From Lama glama (lineage: Eukaryota): a stretch of DNA of 64,000 nucleotides. The notes under the pieces were generated by a model that was not told the DNA's origin, did not search any database, and worked only from the letters and a program-made list of their open reading frames with translations. The stretch spans positions 22,260,001-22,324,000 of the forward strand of contig CM052818.1 of the NCBI GenBank assembly GCA_028534125.1, read 5' to 3'. Positions 55,501-64,000 of the stretch are shown one piece after another. Position 1 is the first letter of the stretch, and the number at the start of each line of letters is the position of its first letter. A program made the translations under genes and the position numbers.

Positions 55501-57356
55501 TATGTGGCAAGGGAGCACACAATTGAGGTGTCACAGAGCATGGGTGGGCTGCTCAGTCCCAGGAGAGCCAGGCTCTGACCCAGAGACCCTGCAGCCACGG
55601 CTCACCCTGGGGGCTTCCAGTGGAGTGGGCTGGAGTTTCAGGGTCCCCTTGACCTTGAGGTCCTTCCCTGAGAGTCCTTTGGAGTTGTCACTGAGCGAGC
55701 CGTGTGTTCTCATGAGTATACAGGAGGGAGAGAGAATTCTCACCAAGGTGGAAGCTCAAACTAGGGAGACAGGTGAGTAAAAACCAGAAAGCTAGAAAGC
55801 AAAGATGACTCAGGAGATGGCTGTGGTCCTGGCTGAAGTCAAAGACAGGGCAGGGCCGCAGGAAGGAAGGGAGCACCCAGGGAGAGAGAGAGTAGGTGGC
55901 CTATGGCTGGCTGGCTCCCCCTCCCCTTCTGGAGGAAGCATCGTGCCTGCTTCCCCTGGCCTGTGAGGTCCAGCGGGCCAGGGAGCCCATCATCTTCTTC
56001 CCTCTGTTCCCCTGCCGCATGGGGCCCACGGCAGTCACCCACCCTCAGTGGGGAGGGGCTGGTCCGTGAACTGGAATGGCTGGCAGCCCCCAGCAGTACA
56101 ACTGTCTGCTGTACAAGGATTAAATGACATAAAATACACCACACCTGGCACACAATGGCGCTAAGTAACGTCAGGGCCACCCTGTCTTCCTCACTCTGGC
56201 ACCATCCCTGCAAGCCTTCACGTGGTCACTCGTGGTGAAGTCAGGCATCCACAGAGGGCCCCGCTGGTGCTGGGCTCCAGGGAGGAGGAGGGGTGCGGAG
56301 GGGCGGGCGACCCCCCCCCCCCCCGGTGAGCTGGGGGAGAGCTCGCACGCCTCGTCCAGCTTAGAAGGTCCCTTTGCCTCCCTTGGCCCCTGTTCACCTC
56401 CCGCTCCTTCTCCACTCAGCCTCCTCCAGTCCCTGACACTCCAGCACGGCCGTGCCTCCCGGCAGCCATCACTGTCCACCTGGTATCCCAGAGCATGGAC
56501 TGTGGAGCCTGACTGACTGGTTCCATCCCGGTTTTCCCACTTGTCAGCTGTGTGACCTTGGGCGAGTTTCCTCAAGCTCTCTGTGCCTCTGTTTCCTCAT
56601 TTATGATTCCCCTGTTTCCTGGAGGTCCACAGGGGAGTTTTGTTTCATCAGATGGCCTACAAGTTCCAGAAAGGGTAGGGAAAGCCCATTTATTAGACCA
56701 CACTGTCTTTTAAAAATCCCTACCTCCACTGTAAGAGAGGGTGACCCCCATATTACAGAGGCAGGAACTGAGAAAGTTCATGCCCTGCCCGAGGCCAGCA
56801 GGTGAACCTGCCTCCAGGAGCTCTGCCTGCACTGGGTTAATTGCAACTCCAGTTTCTGGGCTCTGAGGTGGGCCAAAGAGATTCTGGCCCAAGGGTGACC
56901 AGGGAGGGCGGCAGGTGATTAGGAAAGAGGTGAGTGAGCATGTAAAATGCTCTAACAAGAGACTGAACATCACGAAGAGGCCTGTTCGCAGGACACCAGC
57001 CCCACTACAGCACGTCTATGAAACGGTGGGTTCCGTGTGGCTCAAGAATGGGCTGGTCTGCACGTGCTGCTCAGAGGGATGGCTAAGCTGTGAGGTTACA
57101 AGAGCAAAGGGAGATCTGTGTGTTACGGCACAACTTCTTTTCCTGAACATTCTGTTTAACAGATACACATGCAGACACTATCTGCTAGTGGGCATATAAT
57201 ATGGGCCTAACATTTTTTTTCTGGCCGGCTACACAAGAAACTGTTACCTGGTTACCTTCAGACAGAGGTTGGGAAAGGTTGAAGGCAAGGCAGGGGAGAG
57301 TTTTATTTTAACCTTTCTCTTTTGTTTGGTTTTCCTGCCATGTACGTACATTATTA

Positions 57357-57665
57357 GAGGCATCCCTCAGAGGTTTTGCGAGTTTGGTTCCAGATAGCTG
57401 CAATGCAGCGAATATCGCAACAAAGGGAGTCACACAATTGTTGTTTTTTGGTTTCCCAGTGCATAGAAGAGCTATGTTTGCACTATGCTGGACTAAATGT
57501 CTTTAGACTAAATGTCTAAAAAAAGTACATACCTTAATTAAAAAATACTTTATCGTTAAAAAATGCTAACCAAAATGCTAATGATAATGCTGCAGGATTG
57601 CCACAAACTCTCACATTTGCAAAGGACACAATATCTTTGAAGCACAATAAAACAAGGTATACCTT
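57357..57665. mobile_element. Tigger2-derived (TcMar) non-autonomous element
   Basis: aggcatccctcagagg...gagtttggttccaga...gcgaatatcgcaa...gagtcacac...gaagcacaataaaacaaggtatacct matches recalled Tigger2a-type text. Confidence 0.75.
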
Positions 57666-58699
57666 TATTTTTTTTAATGCCAACAGATATTATCTGAGCA
57701 TTTGTGATGAAAAGCCATTCTGCTCTTTTTCTGTAGCATCAGAAAAGAAAGATGTATGAAAGTTGGTGGGAGGTGGGCATAGTTTTGTTGGATCTTGCTG
57801 TTGAGGGCAGGGCCTGGCTGGGAACAAGTGGCTAAAGGGCCCGTGGAGCCCAGAAAGGGGGTGGGGGAGGAGGTCCTGCCTGCTGAAACTTCCTTCCCCC
57901 TCCCCCAGTACCCTCACAACTGGCTCAGGAGATCTTTGAGAGGCCCAGGCCAACCCTCAAACTTTGGAGCCCTCTCTCCCATTTAAGCTAAACGTTCCAG
58001 AGTACAGGCCCTTTTTGTATGAAGACAAGAACCAGGATCTCTGTTTGCCTGAGGTCTGCCTGCAATTTGCAGGACCCACCACTGCCTGTCTTACTTTCTG
58101 AGTCTCTGGTCTCACGCTTCCCTGGGGGAGCTGGGAGGTGGCAGGGAGCATACTCTGTGGCCAGGTGTTCTCTGTCAAGTCTTGCCCTCCTGTCCTCTCA
58201 CAGGAGCCTCCTATATCCCTGGGGCATACGAGGATAGGTGCCACACCCTGCTGTCCGGTCCTGGAGGGCCTGGGGATCTGCTGGGCGGTTCAAGTTCAGG
58301 GAGGTGACCCTCTGACTCTCTCCTCAGTTCTGGCATGTGGGGCTCCCTAGTTTGCAGTCACTGCTGGTCTGGCACCAGGTGAGCAGCCTGTGGTCCCTGG
58401 CTTTGCTCACTACTGACCACCATGCCAAGCCATGACCCACATCCTAGTGAACAGAGACACCCCCAGCCCTCTCAAATGGGAAGAATGCTGTGAGCACCAT
58501 TTCACAGGCTAAGAAACTGAGGCCCAGGTTGGTAAGTGACTTGCCAAGGCCCATGGTGAGCCAGTGACAGAACAGAGCCTAAGATTCAGGCATTTCTCCA
58601 TCCTGAGTCCTCAGCCCTCAAGGGTGCGCTGATAAGAAATGAAGTTAATATGATCTCAGGGTTATTTGAAGAAAAACCTGCCTTAAAAGTGACCCAGCT

Positions 58700-59660
58700 C
58701 AATAGCATTTGTCATTATGGGATTATGAACTAAAACAACAATGAGATACCACGACATACCTGTTAAAATGGCCAAAATCGGCAACACTGACATTACCAAA
58801 TGCTGGCAAGGATGTGGAGCATCAGGATCTGTCATTATTGCTGGTGAGAATGCAAAGTGGTACAGCCACTTGGGAAGGCAGTTTGGCAGTTTTGTTTTGT
58901 TTTACAAAACTAAACATGCTGTTTATGATCTAGCAATCATGCTCTTTGATTTTTACCCAAATGAGTTGAAAGCTTATGTCCACACAAAAACCTGCACACT
59001 GATGCTTTCAGCAGCTTTATTCATGATTTCTACAACTTGGAAGTAACCAAGATATCCTTCAGTAGGTGAATGGATAAACTCTGGTACATCCTAACAATGG
59101 TATAGTATTTAGTGCTAAAGGAAATTAATTAAGAACAAGCCATGAAAAGACACGGAGGAAACGTAAATGCATATTACTGAGTGAAAGAAGCCCATCTGAA
59201 AAGGCTACATACTGTATGAGTCCAACTGTGCGATGTTCTGGAAAAGGCAAACTATGGAGACAGTAAAAGGATCAGTGGTTGCGGGGTGTGAAAGAGGAGA
59301 GAAGGATGAATAAGCAGAGCACAGAGGATTTGGAGGGGAGGTAAAACTGCTCTGTGTGATACTACAGTAGTGGATTCGTGTCATTATATATTTGTACAAA
59401 CCCATAGAATGTACGACACCAAGAGTGAATTCTCATGTGAACTACGGACCTTGGGTGATAATGATGTATCTACCACATAGGTTCATCATATGTAAAAAAT
59501 ATACCACTCTGGTGGGGGATGTTGATAATGGAGGAGGCTATGCTTGTGTGGGGGCAGGGGGGCATATGGGAACTCTGTACTTTCTGCTCAATTTTGTTGT
59601 GAATCTAAAACTGCTCTAAAAAATAAGGTCTATGAAAAAACAAACCAAAAAAAAAAAATT
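58700..59660 (+). mobile_element. LINE1 (L1MC-like) 3' end
   Basis: atgagataccac...ccaaatgctggcaaggatgtggagca...aaaaggctacatactgtatg...ccactctggtgggggatgttgataatgg followed by A-tail. Confidence 0.9.
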
Positions 59661-60202
59661 CACCCAGGAGCGAGGGTTCCAAAAGACCCTCTCCACAGTG
59701 CTTCCCCAGTGCCCTCTGGAGTCACTGCCAGCAAGGAGGTGGGTCAGAGATGTTCAGTGCCTGTGGTGGGCTCCCAGCTCAGGGGCTGTGGGGTGGGCAG
59801 GCCTGACTTTTCCCCTGCCACCTCCCCACGTGTTTCCTGGGGGAACCTCAGAGATCCCCAACCGTTGGCACCCTTCTCCCCAGCTTCCTGTTTGGGTTCC
59901 AGAGAGACGTTTGGCCGTTTCTGCAGCTGAACTGGGAGCTAGTAGGGCTGGTGGGAGGGATGACACTGCCCTTGCCAGGGAGCGGGTCAGGAGGCTACAA
60001 ATTGGTTGGGGCCTCAGCTTGTGGTCACCTGGATGCTCAAATCCTGACCTGGAGGCCCTTGAGAGGTCAGCGTGTCCAGCCCCCTGCCTCAGGGTAGGAC
60101 ATATCTGGGCCAGGCAGCTGAGGTCTCAGACATCACTTGGCCCAAAATAGCCCATGCAGGCAGAACTTCTTACTGGCCAGTGTGATTAGAGTGGAGCCAC
60201 TT

Positions 60203-60298
60203 GATTTTATTTTATTTTTTAGATGGAGGTTCTGGGGATTGAACCCAGGACCATGTGCACGCTAAGCATGCGCCCTGCCACTGAGCAATACTCTCCCG
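60203..60298 (-). mobile_element. tRNA-derived SINE (camelid Vic-type)
   Basis: Antisense text ggaggttctggggattgaacccaggaccatgtgcacgctaagcatgcgccctgccactgagc; approximate TSD tggagccact / tggggccact. Confidence 0.85.
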
Positions 60299-62469
60299 CA
60301 CTGGGGCCACTGTATTAGATGAGCCCTAGCGTCCTCACCTGTGATCACCTACTTGTAGGTACATAGGTTCATAAGTAGCTTCTTTTATTCTTCTGGTGGG
60401 TGGGACACACACTTCACACACATCTGAAGGGGAGAAACCCCGTCCCTCCTCCCACTTGCCCGGGTCTGGCTGCCCTGCCACACCCAAGAGCTTCCACCCA
60501 GCTGCAGACCTGCCAGAGGTCATGGAGAGCAGATGACACAGACCTGCCCTCCGGAGGCTCCAAGCTCATGGGGCTAGAGGCATAGGAGAGAGAGTGCTTT
60601 CTGAGGAGCAGCATGGGAAAGCCCAGGGGGACACTTAAGTGACCCTGGGGTTCAGGGAAGCCTTCCTAGGGAAAGAGATTCTCAAGTCAGATGTTCACTG
60701 ATGAGAGGCGTTAGCCAGGCAGAGAAAGGGTCCTTTAGCAGAGGCCCAGAGGCAGGCAGACAGGTACCTGATGTGGGCAAAGCTGTGGTTCAAGGAGGTG
60801 CTGGGAGGGGAAGACAGAGGCTGGTTGGGACAGTCCAGCTACTCATCCCACCTCCCCTTCCCCAGTCCTGGGGACCTAGGACTGGCCCAAAGTTCCCCTC
60901 ATTGTAGCCCTGGGATCTCAGCAGGATCGCAGGCCTTGATCTGCCCCACCTCTGCATCCATGACAATCCGGCTCCACCAGGTGAGCAGAGGCTCAGGCCA
61001 CTGGTCCACTCTGTGGCTCCAGAGTGCGTGTGGGGCCTGACTCACTAGGCCCTGGGGAGGCCAGACCACACACCCTCAGGGCCAGAGAGCGGGGAGAAGG
61101 GAGGGTAGCCCTATCGGGTCCCCTGAAGGGGAGAGGGTGGCAGGGGCTGAAGCCAGAGGGGCCTGCCCGCCTCCCTCTCAGTGGGTCTATTTGCTCACAG
61201 GAAAGGTATTGCCTCAGGCCTCTGGGTGGGGTGTGTAGGAAGACAGGATTATCTTTGGAGATGCTCTCAGACAAGATGCTTTTGAACTGAGGGTTGTGCA
61301 GGGTGAGAATTGGGGGTAGAGAGGGTCCCCAGCTGCTTCTTCTCCAGCCCCAGAAGCAGCCCACATCTCCACACACTGTTGCCACCTGGGGTCCACAAAT
61401 CTGTTACTCCTCCATGTTCTTTGGGAAAATGGAGAGCTTCCAAAGGTGCCATGCAAATATACGCAAAACAGATGCAAATAAAAATGGAGAGTCACCCATT
61501 GAAAACCAGTTTCAGGTGGTTGCTTCCCTCCTTCCTGCTCTTCCGGATTCACCTAAATTTGTGAGTGCGCCTCAGTGACTGTGTGTATGTGAGAAAGTCA
61601 GGAGCAGAAATGCAGAGCGAAGGACAGGGTGGAGATTTGGGCCAAGAGAAGGCGCGGGGCCTGGAGGCACTTCCCTCCCCACAGGGAGGCCTGCGTAAAA
61701 GGATGTGTGGGGGGCAGGGGAGAGGGGAACATGGTATCTGGCTAAGAAGTACGTGAATCCTGGGCTTCCTCAGGGTCAGTGTCAAGGGTGGGGCAAGGCA
61801 GACTCTGAGGAGCAGTGGCCTAGGGAGGGGCCTGGAGTCGAAGGGAGCAGGATGGGGTTGCCCAGGTGAGCTGGGGTGGGGGGGAAGGGGAGTCTCAGAT
61901 AGCGGCTGTAGCCTGGAAAGAAAACCTTCCCAGGCCTGGAAGCCCCCATCGGTGCCGAGCTCAGTGCCACTGCTGCCCTGAGGAGCTCGTGTGGGGGTCA
62001 CGACCAGTGAGGCACTTGGGGCCTTGGTTTCCTCATTTGTAAACACAAGCGATGGTGTGAGGAAACCACTGTGCAATGCTGATTCTAAGCATTCCGGGTC
62101 TGGTAAGATGATTTACAAACTGCAGAAAGAAGGAAGGCGGTCCTTCTAAAAGTCTCTGCGAGAAGCTTAAAAAAACGTCTTCAAGGAATGAGCCCTGTTT
62201 TAGGAGGGACTTGGAAGTCCCCTTCCAGAGCTCCTCAGTCTCTCCCTGGGTCATATCCTCGGGTTGTAGGAGACAAGGAGCACCTTTGCTGGAAAGAGCC
62301 CCACACAGAGGAGGTTCTACAGGATTAAGAATAAACAGATCAACAGAAGTGAGAGAAAGTTAAAAGGAAGAAGGAAAGGCACGGTCGGTAACTGGTTTGG
62401 AGAAGAGCTGAGTCTGGGGTTCAGGCAGCTGTGGGAAGAACTGTGCTAGGTTCTTTTAAATCTAGATTG

Positions 62470-62590
62470 GCTTTTGAGTTGGGCAGGCCAGCCTCTGCCA
62501 CTTTCTGGCTGTTTGACCAAGTTCTTTAACCTCCCGCAGCCTCAGTTTCCCTGTCTGTAAAATGGGGATGATAATGGCTGTTCCCCAGGC
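62470..62590 (+). mobile_element. MIR fragment (further MIR cores near 14090, 31480, 32290, 37790, 56550, 58500 and 63900)
   Basis: MIR core gcctcagtttccctgtctgtaaaatggggatgataat. Confidence 0.7.
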
Positions 62591-64000
62591 TAGAAGTGGG
62601 AATGCAGTGCGGGATACGTAGGGAGGGTTTCCCCCTGAGCAGAAACAGCTTTTCAGTAGAGTTGTTCCTCAAGTAGAGAATTCAGTTTTTCTAGAAAAAG
62701 ACTGAGTGAGCCCTGTGTCACACTGTCTGTGGTTCCTGCAGTGGGGGCGCTGACCACGGGCTTGGGTGTGATAGAGCTGTCCCCGCCCCCAGCCTTTGGA
62801 GGGCCACATGGGCTGCACGGTTGAACTTCAAAGGATGGTTCTAACAGATGCTGCCAGTTTCCTGAAGCTGTGTAACAGCCCACGCCAGCCTGAATCACCC
62901 AGGACTGAGGGAAGCTGGGGAGCAAGGTCCAGGAGTGCCGAGGGCTAGGTTAGTCTCAGAGGCTTCCAGGAGGCGGCTCCCAGATCCTCACTGCTAGAAT
63001 GCAAGAAAAGAATAGCTTGGCTGGGGTGGCTGCTGCTGTTTGGTGATTTCTTTAGTGAAATAAATCCTGGTAGCCCAGGATGTTGGGGCCTGGTACATGT
63101 GTATTCAGAGGGATCTCTAGGTGGAGGAAGGACTTGGGCCAGGAGATAAGAACCCTGATAAACTAGATCACAACAAAGGAATGCAACCTACTGACCCAGG
63201 CTGCCCTCCAAGCTCCAGGAACACACAGCAGTTCGTTCCAGGCACATCCGCCTCCTCCAGAAGGCCCACCAAGAGTGCTTCCAGTACTGTGGCTTGCAGC
63301 TGCCAGGCTACAGGGAAACTTCTTGAGTGGGTGCTGTGGGTGTGGGAGAGTCTGATGGGGTAGGCATGGGTGGGAAGAAGGTGGGTTAGGGTCAGGGCCG
63401 GGGTGGCTGCCTTGGGAGGTGATGGCCAGAGCAAGGGGCTTAGAGGCCCTGTGTGAGGCTGGCCCACAGCAGGTGGGAGGTATTTTTAGGTAGGCTCAGG
63501 TGCAGACAGAGACATTACGCCATGGCCCGACAGGTGGTTAATATTTAATCCCTTCCTTAATCATTAACTCCCTGGCCGGCTGGAGAGGAACGGGATTGTT
63601 GTCAAATCAGTAACCACAGGCTGGGAACAATGTCCACGGAGCTCACTGCCCCTCCCGCAGATGGGAGTGCTGGCCGGGCGGGGTTGTCCCTGGCCCTGGG
63701 GGCCCTGGCTCATCTCCTTCCCATGGTGACCTCAGGACGCGGAGAGGGCAGAGGAGGTCGGCAAGAATCCCCTCCAGGCCCGGACTGCCCTCTGACCCCA
63801 GGCGCTGACTGGTGGGGAGCGGCTGGGAGCGGGGTGTCCATTCAGGCGTGAGGATCCTGGGCCCTGCTTCCAGGCCAAGTGACCTTAGGCGAGTCGCAAC
63901 GTGGCCTCCGTGAGACTCAGTTTCCTCATCTGCGCAAGGAGGATAAATACTCTTATCTTAAAGGATGGTCATGAGATTTGAGTGCGATATGGGTGTACAA

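Noticed and set aside
19575..59619. ORFs such as 19575-19850, 29288-29530, 48979-49377 and 58741-59046
   Set aside because: They lie in decayed LINE1 3' sequence and are not independent genes.
11240..60298. Five tRNA-like sequences with pol III A/B boxes
   Set aside because: They have A-rich tails, TSDs in some copies, mutual divergence and no intact cloverleaf, so they are SINEs rather than tRNA genes.
1..64000. CRISPR arrays, operons, rRNA or other prokaryote-type systems
   Set aside because: The sequence is mammalian with spliceosomal introns and interspersed repeats; no regularly spaced repeat-spacer structure was seen.

Overview
This is mammalian genomic DNA, most likely camelid (camel/alpaca/llama), judged from five copies of a short tRNA-derived SINE resembling the camelid Vic-type family plus artiodactyl-type L1 and Tigger2 elements. 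It is the THADA-ZFP36L2 locus with both genes on the + strand. Bases 1 to ~33.8 kb are one large THADA intron full of old repeats (L1, L2, MIR, MLT1, MER DNA transposons and an intact ERV1-type solo LTR). The last two THADA coding exons lie at 33822-33991 and 35058-35426. A ~3.7 kb CpG island then holds the promoter and both coding exons of ZFP36L2 (39847-39897 and 40426-41859; 494 aa, tandem CCCH zinc fingers), followed by a ~1.9 kb AU-rich 3'UTR ending at AATAAA 43783. The last ~20 kb is intergenic, with repeats, a long GT-rich tract and enhancer-like motif clusters. I found no evidence of a new multi-gene system, CRISPR array or unknown protein family; nearly all other ORFs in the track look like GC-content or repeat artefacts. 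The best leads are: (1) a phase-compatible THADA to ZFP36L2 read-through splice that would give an in-frame fusion; (2) a near-perfect ~27-bp pre-miRNA-like hairpin at 2696-2760; (3) hairpins and miRNA/ARE sites in the ZFP36L2 3'UTR; (4) a divergent CTCF-like motif pair; (5) tandem HNF1 sites at 63.5 kb. Repeat family names and comparisons with human are from recall of consensus sequences, not from a search.
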